DNA from: Octopus bimaculoides
Lineage: Eukaryota
Direction: 5' to 3'
Length of the DNA: 41,905 bases
NCBI RefSeq assembly: GCF_001194135.2
Contig: NC_068985.1
Coordinates: 76,388,560 to 76,430,464 of the forward strand
Under the pieces are notes generated by a model. That model worked only from the letters and a program-made list of their open reading frames with translations. It was not told the origin of the DNA and did no database searches. The position numbers and the translations under genes are program-made. Every line of letters begins with the position of its first letter. The stretch's first letter is position 1. Below, one piece after another: positions 22,780 to 34,756 of the stretch.

Positions 22780-25604
22780 CTGGAAGTGAAATTTGACCAA
22801 AGAAATTGACACTAAATGAATGGAATTAAAAAATTTTCAGTAATGCAATTAGTTCTTATGATTCTCTTCAACCCCCATCTCTCACACTATATTTCCTTGT
22901 CATGGGTTCTTCTAATACTCATTAGTGAACATATTATTTTCTTTTTAATATATCTACATGGTTGGAATAACCATGTAGATATGCATCAAATGTAGGATTG
23001 TGGATTCAGAATACAATGAGCAATACCTAATTTGGCTCTCCAGTTTGATGGATCATTTGTCACTTTCAACACCAAGCATTCAATTGTTTTGTCAACTGGA
23101 CAACCAAAACTGTTAAATATGTAAGTGGCTGAGCATTCCAAAGACACATATACCTTTGAATAATTCTAAACCAAAACAGTATGACAATGCCGGACCATCT
23201 GAGAGGGTTCCATACAGTTTCTATTAATCCAATTTCGCTCACAAGGCTTTGAAAATGACCCTTATTCAAGATGTTAACACAATGACATCAAACATAAGAC
23301 CTCATGGTTTGAATTGAAATTTTATAACAATTTTTCAATACTTGCATCCAAATTTTTTTAGTTTCCTTCTAATAAATTATATTGAAGATATAATTTGATT
23401 CAGATGATTTGTGTACTTGTACCTTTAGTCTTTTTATTTTATTTCTGACAATTTGTTCAGTTTTTCATATCATTGACAATCTTCTGTAGGTCTCTGATTT
23501 CTAATTTTCTCCTTGTCCAAACATATTTTTATACATCTGTGATTCTGTTGTGCAATGTATCTTTTCTTTTTTTTTAAGATAGTCACGTCTGATTTGAGGG
23601 AGATTAAGATTAGTCTACTTTTTTTAAGTAAGTAAAAGTAACCACAGATAAGGTCCTTGGAACTATTTATTTTGTTGCTGTTGTTAACAAGTAGTCTCAG
23701 AACTTTGAATCAGATAGTGCTATAGCATGAAAATAATTAGAATTTGAAAGTAGGTAACAGTTCTTGCTCTATAAACATGTTAAAGTTCTGGAAGTGTATT
23801 GTTCATTCTGCCAAGTAAAGTCCTGCTGTGATGATGGCAATCAACATCATTTTACGTCCACTCAACCACAGTGGTACAAGTTAGATGGGTTACCTGAAGC
23901 AGGGTTTTACAATTGAATGCCCTTCTTGTCACCAAATTGTTTTCTCACCTCATACAAAATTGAGGAGTCAGTCTATTTTATCACCTTGACACACATGGTA
24001 TCTGCAATAATAGCAGTGCAGAAAATAAGTATATAACATCTATTTCAAATATTTTCACTCATTGTGCCACTGCACATTGTGTGTCACATATGATTTACAA
24101 GTGTGCTTCAAGCTTTGAGGTGAGCTGTAAAAAGCTAGGATATTTAGAAAATTTGAGTATTTTTAATGAATTGCACCCCGACATGTCTATTCCTCTGCAG
24201 CAAGGTGCAATGTGCAGTCATATTTTTAAAATAATTTTAATACTTCTTTATTTTTTTATGTATTTAATAAAGCATTTAAAAGCTGATGATGTGTCATAAC
24301 ACATTTGGGACTTTAACCAATCTGTTGTAGAGTAAAAAAAAGGTTGAAAACTGCTGCTCTATTTTGTTGTTCAGTAAAATTCTTAAAGTTCTAAGAAGGG
24401 TCCAGTTCCCAAATATCAGAATTCATGGTGCCCACACTTATCTATGGGTTTTATTATCAAATTTCTTTTTCCTTTTCCTGTCAGAGTCCATCACTATTTT
24501 CTCCAGCTTAAAGATTATTGTTGCAGTTTTCACAGACAGTCTGCTATAGATGAAGACGAGATGATAAGAATGCTAGGGCATTTCGAAGGATAGACTAGAA
24601 ATGGATGAAAGCCTAGACATAATTGATTATTGGGTATTTTCATCTGGTACTTTCCTTCTGGTTGTTATTTACCCCTAATCAAAGGGGCCTATAATCAAAG
24701 AAATCACATCTGTTTTTCACAGAAAATAATATACCTAGGACTATATTAACCAATGTATGCATCTCATTTTTTTTTTATAATGGCTTAGTCAGAGGAGAAA
24801 AGGAAGTGACCATGACCTTTTAAGGGCTTTTGAAACTGGTGGAAGGGAAGGAGGAAGTTATTTGTTAGTTGGTAGGATATGATTAATGGGAAATTTGACT
24901 GCTATTTCTAATAGGTTGAGCAGTTATCTAGAGGCTCCTTCATTGATGAGTTGTTTTATATTTTTATGTTGGTGGCAGTTGTTATGCCAACATCAATCAG
25001 CCTAATGGTTAAACTGTTAGACCTATGATAATAAGGCTTGTTTCCCTGCACAAGGCAACACATTGTCACCTTGGACAAAATACTCCATTTCATGTTGCTT
25101 TATTCCATTCAGTTGCATCTACTGTATACTCACCCAAAATCCAATAAATACAAAAAGTCAAGAGACCTTAGTTGCAACTACACACTGGAGGATAGTGTGT
25201 TATGTAGATAGTCAGCTGAACAAACAACTAAATGAGATCTACAGACATGTAGCTCTCAATATTTCCTTTTACACTCCTACTAAGTTGCTAATATGACTGT
25301 ATATCTTGTGAGTAGCTAAATATGTATTTGTAGTGGTTGTAATAGCTATAAATTAGAGATTAGCCATGGGCTGTAATCCTCCCCCACAATTGCCTACACA
25401 GTTTGATTATTCATTTAATTTATATCACAATTTATGAATGATGGCATCATTGATTGTAGTTTTCTCAAAGAAAAGAGCATCTACAATCTGGTGCCAATGA
25501 CTTAAATGTAAGAAAAGATTCTTCAAAGAGAAATCATTTTCCACCAAATTTTACATCCTTTGCCAATGTACATTGGCAAAAAATATAAACATACATATAT
25601 ACAT

Positions 25605-25673
25605 AGCCAAAGCCTTGTGAGTAGATTTAGTGAATGGAAACTGAAAGAAATCCATCACAAATACATACATACA

Positions 25674-25758
<85 letters not shown>

Positions 25759-25995
25759 CACATGATAGTTATATACAAGTGTTGCAATCATATAAATGAT
25801 GTCCTTCATTTGCAATCAACCATGAAATATGTCTGGTCATAGGGAAATAGTCACTTACTTGGAGGCAAGTGAGGGTTAGCAACAAGAAGGGCATCCAGCC
25901 ATGACAAAAAAAAAACACCTCAGCAAACTCTATCTGACCCATAGAAGCATGGAAAAGTGGACATTAAAAGAATAATGACAATGTTGATGATGCAC
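25605..25995 (+). mobile_element. SINE family A core with an alternative RTE-type tail
   Basis: Family A core, then (TACA)n/(TG)n, then ...gagggttagcaacaagaagggcatccagcc...gcatggaaaagtggacattaaa...gatgatg. Confidence 0.8.
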
Positions 25996-26140
25996 ACTTT
26001 CTGTCTATCAAAATCCCCCTCATGAGGCATTAGTCAACCTGAAACTTTAGTAGAGGACACTTTGCTCAAGGTGCCACACAGAGGGATCAAATCCAGAATC
26101 TCATGGTTGTGAAACAAACATCTTAACCACTTAGCCATGA
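25995..26140 (-). mobile_element. SINE family A head/core, decayed
   Basis: tttctgtctatcaaaatcc...tgctcaaggtgccacac...catcttaaccacttagcca. Confidence 0.7.
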
Positions 26141-26349
26141 TTGCAAGGATTTTCAAAGATATTTTCAATGACTACAATTAAGAATGACCAAGTTAAGTGC
26201 CCAGCGCCTGCAGTAACCACTATAGAACTATATAAATAAAAAATCTCTTGGATCATTGTATGGAAACCATGTAAATATGATAAACCAAGCTGCAGCAGTA
26301 AAAAAGATAGAAAGTATATAAATAGGAAACAAAAGCATAGAAATATTAA

Positions 26350-26550
26350 TTGCAGCAGCAGTAGTAGTAGTAATTGTAGTTGTAGTAGTAGTGGTAGTAG
26401 TAGCAGCAGCAGCAGAAACAGTAGCAGTTACTCTAAGAAGTAATAGTAATAGTAACAGCAGCAGCAACAGTAGTAGTAGTAGTAGTTACCCCAAGAATTG
26501 TAGCAGCAGCAGCAATAGTAATAGTAGTAGTAGTAGCAGTAGTAGTAGTA
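26350..26550. repeat. Compound (GCA)n/(GTA)n trinucleotide tract
   Basis: Directly visible; a related tract lies at 15690-15800. Confidence 0.9.
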
Positions 26551-26828
26551 ATCTCAGTAAACAACACTTCAAGTCAGTGTTTACTATATCATAATTAGAA
26601 TGTGTCTATTTGCTAATTAAGAATTTATTAGTATTAACAGCTACTGTAAAACATTGAGTTGTTGATATTGTTGTTGAACAAGACTTGATAGAAAACTAAT
26701 TAAAAAAAATTTAGACAAAGTATGAAAATTCAGTTTTATGTGAAATCAATTCTTTATGATACAGAATTATTTCCACTTTTTGTTTAAAAAAAATTAGGGG
26801 CTTACAATTACCACAAGTTTTTTTTTAA

Positions 26829-27048
26829 CCCTTTAGCATTCAGATTATTCTGTCAAATGCAATACTTATTTATTCACATTGTTTTGAATTTATCACCTAT
26901 TATCTTGTAGCTTTGATATTTCAATGATGTAATTGCTTATTTTAAGAATAACGTTATGGGATTTGTGGGAGAGGCTGGATCTGACCAGTTTAAGTATAAA
27001 ACAGGTAGAATATTTGAGCCTGATATGGCTAATTTAAATACTAAAGGA
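26829..27048. mobile_element. piggyBac-like MITE family P1
   Basis: TTAA on both flanks (26825-28, 27049-52) and TIRs CCCTTTAGCATT / aatactaaagga. Confidence 0.8.
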
Positions 27049-27675
27049 TTAAATTCTCAATTTTTTTTTTTTTTGCATACACCATTTAATTCATTACTGC
27101 CTAAGGTGCACTTTGGTCAACCTTTTCTGAGAAGTAGGCAACATGAATCACAGCTCATCTTCAGGTGGACCACACTGCTAAAAAGATTCAAAATAATTTT
27201 TCTTGTGGTATGCCATTCAGTTTGTCCATGACTAATTAAAATTAATGCCATTGAAGTCTTTGATTTATTTCCTATATTTCTCTTTCTGCAATTATGCAAG
27301 TTATTTTGACCCAAATGTCTTCCCAATGCTATTTTTACTTGAAAAAGGAATCTGTTCACTGATCAAAGCAGGTTTGAAAAGACTGTGCTTTTNNNNNNNN
27401 NNNNNNNNNNNNNNNNNNNNNNNNNNNNNNNNNNNNNNNNNNNNNNNNNNNNNNNNNNNNNNNNNNNNNNNNNNNNNNNNNNNNNNNNNNNNNNNNNNNN
27501 NNNNNNNNNNNNNNNNNNNNNNNNNNNNNNNNNNNNNNNNNNNNNNNNNNNNNNNNNNNNNNNNNNNNNNNNNNNNNNNNNNNNNNNNNNNNNNNNNNNN
27601 NNNNNNNNNNNNNNNNNNNNNNNNNNNNNNNNNNNNNNNNNNNNNNNNNNNNNNNNNNNNNNNNNNNNNNNNNNN

Positions 27676-27900
27676 TGTCTGTTTGTTCCCTACCACTACT
27701 TGACAACCAGTGTTGATGAGTTTACATCCCCATAACTTAGCTGTTCAGCAAAAGGAACTAATAGAATAAGTACCATGTGTAACAGAAAAAAAAAAAAAAA
27801 AGGACTAGGGTTGATTCATTCGACTAAAATTCTTCAAGGCAGTGCCCCAGCATGGCTGCAGTCTAATGACTGAAACAAGTAAAACATAAAAGATAAAATA
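27676..27900 (+). mobile_element. SINE family A 3' half after an N gap
   Basis: cttgacaacc...ataacttagc...gaataagtacc...cagcatggctgcagtctaatgactgaaacaagtaaa. Confidence 0.85.
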
Positions 27901-28420
27901 GAAGTAAATTTTGATTGATTTAGATTTTCTGTTTTTTATCAAACATCATTCAACACATCTTTCCACCTACTAAATAATCTCCATTCCTGCCATTAACCTA
28001 ATTCAATTATTTTCAATTTTTTTAAACTTAAGTTTTGTAATTATAGAAATTTGTTCCATCATTGTCCAAATATTGGCTTTTGAAGCAAAACTTTTTAAAA
28101 TTTAAGATTAAAACATGCACTTCTTGTTTGAAAGATGTTTAGGGTGTGGATATGGTTCTTGTCATTATTGTTTAGCCCCAAGTGGATCTTGTGCCTACTC
28201 AAGACAGTTGTCAAGGGACCTTTATGCATTCTGTGACTTGCTTCCAGTTAATAAATACTATAGGTCCCATACTTTGCTTTGCTTTTATGCTGTTGAGATG
28301 GCCCTGATTAGACTGAGCAGATTTATGAACAATAGTCATTTCCTCTATAACAGTCTATCTTACATTTTTTCAAACATAATGTACCTCAGACTATAATATC
28401 TTGTGACACATTTTCTTTAA

Positions 28421-29103
28421 CCCTTTAACATCATCATCATCATCATCGTTTAACGTCCGCCTTCCATGCTAGCATGGGTTGGATGATTTGACTGAGGACT
28501 GGTGAAACCGGATGGCAACACCAGGCTCCAATCTAATTTGGCAGAGTTTCTACAGCTGGATGCCCTTCCTAACGCCAACCACTCAGAGAGTGTAGTGGGT
28601 GCTTTTACGTGTCACCCGCACGAAAACGGCCACGCTCGAAATGGTGTCTTTTATGTGCCACCCGCACAAGAGCCAGTCCAGGGGCACCGACAACGATCTC
28701 GCTCGAAAAACCCCATGTGTCATTTGCACAACAGCCAGTCCATGGGCACCGGCAACGATCTCGCACGAAAGATATCATGTGTCGCCCGCACATGAGCCAG
28801 CCCAGGGGCACTGNNNNNNNNNNCCCGCACATGAGCCAGCCCAGGGGCACTGGCAACGATCCCACTCGAAAGATTTCATGTGTCGCCCGCACATGAGCCA
28901 GCCCTATCAAAAGTAATGCTTATATATTCATATTATTTTGAATTACTCATGTATTATCTGACAGCTTTCAGAGTTCAATGATGTGACTGTTTATGTTTAG
29001 AATGACAAATGTTGGGTAGGTGTGAGAGGCTGGATCTGGCCAGTTTGAATGCAAAACAGTAAGATTATTTGGGCCAGATATGGCCAGTTTAAATGCTAAA
29101 GGG
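28421..29103. mobile_element. piggyBac-like MITE family P1, interrupted by a SINE (28429-28904)
   Basis: ttaa|ccctttaaca at the left end and aatgctaaaggg|ttta at the right end. The interior at 28905-29103 aligns with 26850-27048 (gagaggctggatctg, gatatggc..tttaaat). Confidence 0.8.
28429..28904 (-). mobile_element. Family C, young copy with an internal 62-bp tandem array
   Basis: Same tail plus at least four units of atgtgtcgcccgcacatgagccagcccaggggcactggcaacgatc..., with a 10-N gap inside the array. Confidence 0.9.
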
Positions 29104-31204
29104 TTTAGCTGGTTGGTGAGATTTAAAGGAGATCTATTTATTATCTGCAGTACATTGAGCAGCCACAAAGAGACACATTTCTCAACCTGTTTACTTTTGG
29201 AGACCCCTTGAAATATATTCTATAATTCAAAGTACCCCTACATAAAAATTTTTATAACAATTTGTGATGAACAACAGAAGTAGTACTAGGTCAACATAGT
29301 AATCTGTGAATCATACTTAAAGCATTTGATCTTCATCAGTAGCAAATATCTACTAGCAACTACATGCTAAGACAAAATAAGCCACTACTGATATAGTAAA
29401 ACAGTGCTGGCTAATCACAACATCAGTGATTTTGTCTTAGCATGCAGTTATTAGTGGATACTTGCTACTAATAAAGCCCAAAGAGGCAAGGATACATATT
29501 TATCAATGCCACCACTGCTGCTGGGCGATTTTTATCTGATACTGATATATTTTTAATTCTATACATCCTTAAGAGATAGATACCTTCTCAAGATAAATAT
29601 CACAGTTTATCAGGCTCTCAACAATGTACATGCTGCTTTTAAAACATTTTACTAATATTTTGTCTTTCTCTTTCAAAAGGCTGAAACTAGTTTATGCCAA
29701 AAATAACTGAAGTTTTTCTTAAGTTTACTGACAATACGAAAAATAAAAAAAAAGAACAGAAATCAGACAGCTTGTTCACAAAACTTCTTGATAAGGATTT
29801 CATTTGGACAATAAAATATCAAACATATCAAGTATTCACAAAAAAATATATATATATATATAAATGACCAGCATTGTATATAAAGCATCAGATTTCATGA
29901 AGAAATTTTTGAGAAATTTCATCCTAACTAAAACATTATCTAGACTAAATTATTCAGTATTTCCCAATTAAGAGGTGATTCTTTTTCCTCTGGGGTTTCC
30001 TTACCACCTAAAGATGTCAGGATTTCCCTACTTTAGGGAATATATTGTGCATCATAATCCTCATTTAACTACTGCTTTGCATGTGCATGTATAATAAAAT
30101 TTTAAATATAGAATTAAACACAAAAATAATTTGAAAAATATATTTGAATTTAATTAGTCTATTTGTCACATTTCAGACAACTCCCAGTCACTTTATAAGG
30201 ACACCAAGGCTTCCAGGAAAATGTGGCTGAGAAATACTGGCATAATGTTTCCTCATTGGCTCCAAGAGTTTAATAATCTGTTGTCAGTGAATTTTATGCC
30301 AGAGTTTGTTGTCTGTCCCCTGTAGTTTAGTAAACTAGGCCAAGTAGAATGAAATGTACTGTAAGAATTTTGACTTCTCATTAGAAAAATTACTTTTATA
30401 ACTTTAGCAGATCCTCTGACTAAATTTTAAAAAGGGCAGTGCTTATGACCTTTTTTTGTATGGTATCCAAAATTGATTAGAGAAAGAAAGGAACTCATGG
30501 ATTATTGTTAGGCCAAAAACCTGATCTCAATACTTTTCATGAAATGGGCTCTGCTCAAGGAACCCAATGACAAGGCGGTGGTGCTAAACCCAATGATGTA
30601 TTACATTTAGCAACCTCTTAAATTCTTGACCAATGAATCTCAAGTTAGATACTCTGAACTAGCATAAAAGCAATTGAACTAATCATTTTCCGTTTGACTG
30701 TTTAGCTAGGTAGAGACATAGGATCATAGCTAATTTATTCAAGACTTTTGTCATGTTGTTGGTAATGTAACGTTTTTCTTAGCTCAGACGTCAATAGATA
30801 AGTTTTCTTGGTGCAGTCTTCAACCTGATAATGCAGTGGTTCCATTTTGGTGGGTAATACCTTCAGAGTTTGTTCTATCAGTCGGCTCATAATGTTGCAT
30901 TATCCCTGTTTCATAACTGGTCCCTTCCTCAGTGAGTAGAATTTCAAGAGTAGAACATACAAGGATCATGAGCACAACCAAGCCTTCTCAACAACAAATG
31001 GCATAAAACATGCATTAATTTTTGATGATATATATGTATGTTTAGCAAGTTATTTAATCTAAGATTCTATGTTGAAATTATAATGGTTTGTCCAGATTTA
31101 TAAATCTGTCTTATCTAGGGTTAGCTCTTCATTCCCTCACTCAGTCTGCTTCATTTTTATCTCCCATTCTCCATCCATTTTTTCACTCTGTCTCTATCTG
31201 TCTC

Positions 31205-31211
31205 TGTCTGC

Positions 31212-31270
<59 letters not shown>
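31205..31270. repeat. (CT)n microsatellite
   Basis: Directly visible, about 100 bp into the intron downstream of the 61-nt exon. Confidence 0.95.
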
Positions 31271-31363
31271 TTCTCTAACTCTGTCATTTACTTTCAATTT
31301 TTTCTATGATAATGGCACACAAAATGAAGGTAAACTGATAACAGAAATAAATGTATATTTTAC

Positions 31364-31424
31364 CTGCTTGGCGTCTTCCCATTGCCAGTAATGACTATTG
31401 GTGATATTTTTTTAACTTTGTTGC
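31364..31424 (-). CDS. 61-nt internal exon of the cytoplasmic tail: (G)NKVKKISPIVITGNGKTPS
   Basis: Acceptor ttattattttatag|GC and donor CAG|gtaaaa. Only one of the three frames is open, and it is the one that joins the phase-1 end of the TM exon (g+gc=Gly). The exon ends in phase 2. Confidence 0.85.
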
Positions 31425-31874
31425 CTATAAAATAATAAAAATTTATTTCTGATTATACAATGGTATAATGATCATCTTATTATAAACATTAAAACACATA
31501 CATATTCTGTTACTTTATTTATTATAGTTTTTTCTGGTAATAGAGGAATATAATAGCAGTTTAAAGGGGTTTTTTTTTTTTGTACATATGTTCATTAAAA
31601 CTCTACTTCACTGCAACTCTTAAAATTCAAAATATATTATTTACAGTCACATATTTGAACTAGTATCATCTTGATAGTTACTCTCTAAGCTTCTTCCGTT
31701 GCTAATAATATTCAGTAATTATCTCCAAATTTGGAGCCAAACCCTTCATAGAATTCATGGGTGTGGACTGTAAATTATTCTCATTCCACTGTCAATGCTT
31801 TAGATACACTTCTCTTAGTTATTTTCCTGCTTCTGACATTTCTTGCTCATTTTTTCAAATCAGAGTATAAATAG

Positions 31875-32037
31875 AGGCAGGCGTGGATATGAGTGGTAAG
31901 AATCTTGCTTCTCAACCATATGGTAGTGGGTTCAGTCCTTGGGCAAGTGTTTTCTATTATAGCCTTGTGCCAGCCAAAGCCTTGTGAGTGGATTTGGTAG
32001 ACAGAAACTGAAAGAAGCCTACTGTATATATATATGC
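31875..32037 (+). mobile_element. SINE family A head/core
   Basis: Core GCCTTGTGAGTGGATTTGGTAGACAGAAACTGAAAGAAGCC is intact. Confidence 0.85.
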
Positions 32038-33040
32038 ATAAGAACAAAAACAACAAAGCCCTTTGAATTTAATAAAGGATTCAGTTTGAAATACTGTAAA
32101 CATTACCAAATATAACAGGCACCTGCAAAATGTCATACAATGACCAAAGCATTAAAAGTGTAACAACCAAGATGAGGGAAAATGTCAGTGTATAATGATG
32201 TTAATCCCTATCTTAGATATCTAAGACATTCCGACCAAAATAACGTGCGTGTGCGTGTGAGTGTGTGTGTGTGTGTGTGCACACGCGCATGTGTGTGTGT
32301 GTGCATGAGCATGCATGTTATGTATGTAAGTTCTTTATTTATATTGTTTGAAAAGTGATTTGATTTGAGATCATGCGTCATGCCATGACTATGTCAATTG
32401 TAGAGTCTTTGTACTCATTAAAATCACATTTACATTGTTATATATCTATTTACACTATATTATGATTTTTGATAATAATTGCAAGCATCAAATATGTATA
32501 TCTAATTATATTAGGTATCACAGTGTTTTAAGTTTCGATATCATTTATGACCTGATCACTGGCAATTCTTTTCCCTATTATCTATAAAATTAATCAGTAA
32601 TGGAAATATCATCATTAAATTATGTAAAATTCTTTGTAAAAGACTAGCTGTCCCTAACAGAAAAATTATTAAGCTGCCTTTCAATGTCTGTAACTTGATG
32701 TAACAAAAAACAGGGAAAAAATTTACACTTGGTTCATTTAAACAATAACAATAGATTATCCTATAAAGTGGAGAGAATCTCAAAATACAAGCCATGTCAG
32801 CAAGATTATTATACAGTCTGTCAATTTTACATCTGCTTAGTGCAATATTTTTAACAAGTATTTTCTATCCAAAGAACTCTTAATCTCTTCTCTGCATTTT
32901 GCATTTGTGTTGAGTTGTTAGGGTTTCCCAACTTAACAACAGAATGCTAACTAAAATTGAATTTAAACACTTAGCTGAAATATATAGAGCAATCCATACC
33001 AAATAATACCAAAATAAAAAGCAGAAAAATTATGATTTAA

Positions 33041-33271
33041 CCTTCCCATAATTCGATCTTTTTGTTACCATATTTCTGTTGAAATACACCCTCTTTATTT
33101 CAATTAATTTTGAAAATAATCACGAATTTACTAAAATGTCTTGATCATTACTAATCTAGTGGTTGCAACATAAATTAACATGGAAGCTTAATGGGAAATT
33201 TTATTTAGATCACCTTAAAATGGGAAGTTTGCATCAGAAGCAAAGACAGTTTTGGGTTGGTATCAAAAGAG
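33041..33271. mobile_element. piggyBac-like MITE family P2
   Basis: TTAA flanks (33037-40, 33272-75), homologous to 9327-9681. Confidence 0.75.
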
Positions 33272-33440
33272 TTAAACCATTCCTAAATTTTACTAGAATC
33301 TTCCATTCACTAATTAGTATGCTAATTTTTGTATTTCACATATATCTCGCAGAATCTTTAACAAAAATTCTGTGAAGGCCACTTGTAGCAAAATAAACAA
33401 CATAGGATTATAAATCTTTAGCCACAGCTAAAAATTTTAT

Positions 33441-33621
33441 GGCATTCTTTCATTTATGACTACTAAGGTTCTGGTTGATCTGATCAATGGAACAATCTGC
33501 TCGTGAAATTAACATCCAAGTGGCTGAGTACTCCACAGACATGTATACCCTCAACATAATTCTCAGGGAGATTCAGCATGACACAGAGTGCAACAAGGCT
33601 GGCCCTTTGAAATACAGGTAC
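33441..33621 (-). mobile_element. SINE-like family E fragment
   Basis: tgctcgtgaaattaacatccaagtggctgagtactccacagac...caaggctggccctttgaaatacaggtac. A decayed relative lies near 23110-23160. Confidence 0.6.
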
Positions 33622-34067
33622 TGATGTTTAAGCACAGCATAAACATCTCAACCTAAATGCATTGCTAAGAAACTTGGATGCATATCCAAAGAAGAAATAG
33701 TTATTTTTGGATAGAAAGCACCTGTCAAAAGAAATAGTTCCTTATAAGTTGTGAATTACTTCTCTTTACTTATGCCTCAAGTGTATATGTTAATCATGAT
33801 ATAGACTTGCTTTTCACTATCATATAGCGTGGTCATCTGATTGATTCAACATTCATGAAAATTAAAGTAATGACAAAAGTCGTCAGTTCAATATAAATAA
33901 TTATACTCTACACATCTACACCATATATCAAGTATTTTCTGTCTTGTTCATCAAGATACAAAATCCAAATGAATACAGCCTTATTTAAATACTACCAAAA
34001 ATCTTCTCTGTTACTCAAATCTACTAACCTACCACCCAGTAAATTTATATACATAAGGATTACTTAC

Positions 34068-34202
34068 CACAAGGGCAACGTTTTTTCAGATGCTTCCAGA
34101 AGTAAGCCACGAAAATTATCACCAAAAGCAATAGAGTTAGGACAACTACTATAATAACAATTGCAGTTGTACTAAGTCCAGCATTATCACTTTTTTTCTC
34201 CC
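34068..34202 (-). CDS. Internal exon encoding the transmembrane helix of a type I membrane protein: EKKSDNAGLSTTAIVIIVVVLTLLLLVIIFVAYFWKHLKKRCPC
   Basis: On the minus strand: acceptor gtattggtgttttccag|GG and consensus donor TG|gtaagta. The 135-nt exon is open, with phase-1 introns on both sides. A 23-aa hydrophobic stretch is followed by a basic stop-transfer sequence (WKHLKKR) and juxtamembrane cysteines (CPC). Confidence 0.9.
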
Positions 34203-34756
34203 CTGGAAAACACCAATACATTTATTGATTAGTTCTGGCTTCTAGTTTGAATAACAAAGATAATATTCACTTATAATGAACTTTTGAGTTCAAGACAAAT
34301 AGTAGAATAAATTTTATGTCATGTGAAAGAAGAGAAATATGATGGTTCCACTAAAATCCTTTACTGTATAGAGATTATGTCCACTAGTGTTGCAGGGTAA
34401 ATAAATTTATCAATGCCATAAGGCAATGAATTCGTAAAGACAATAGAGTGTCAGATAGAATATTTTATAATCATTGTTTCTGTACTTTATGCTATAAGTT
34501 CAAATCCTGCCAAGAAATTTTTGTCACTAAGATTCTTTTGTCCACAACAAATAAAATACCTGTCCAGAGTGGTGGGTTAGTACAATTATTAACGTTTCAG
34601 ATGAAGTTTCTTGTGTTCACTGTTCTAGGTTGTTTATTTTATGAGTTCAAATTCCATCTCTTCTCATAAACTTCACCATGCTAGGAATGATGTGACAACA
34701 GGCTAACAAAAGCACCTCCATGTTGAATGTAGATTAATTCAGAAGAATTAGATTTA

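Noticed and set aside
29172-30238. Possible hAT element with catttctcaac / gctgagaaatactg ends
   Set aside because: The TIRs are too degenerate and there is no 8-bp TSD.
30830-31000. Open minus-strand frame EGLVVLMILVCSTLEILLTEEGTSYETGIMQHYEPT...
   Set aside because: No convincing acceptor in the phase needed after the 61-nt exon.
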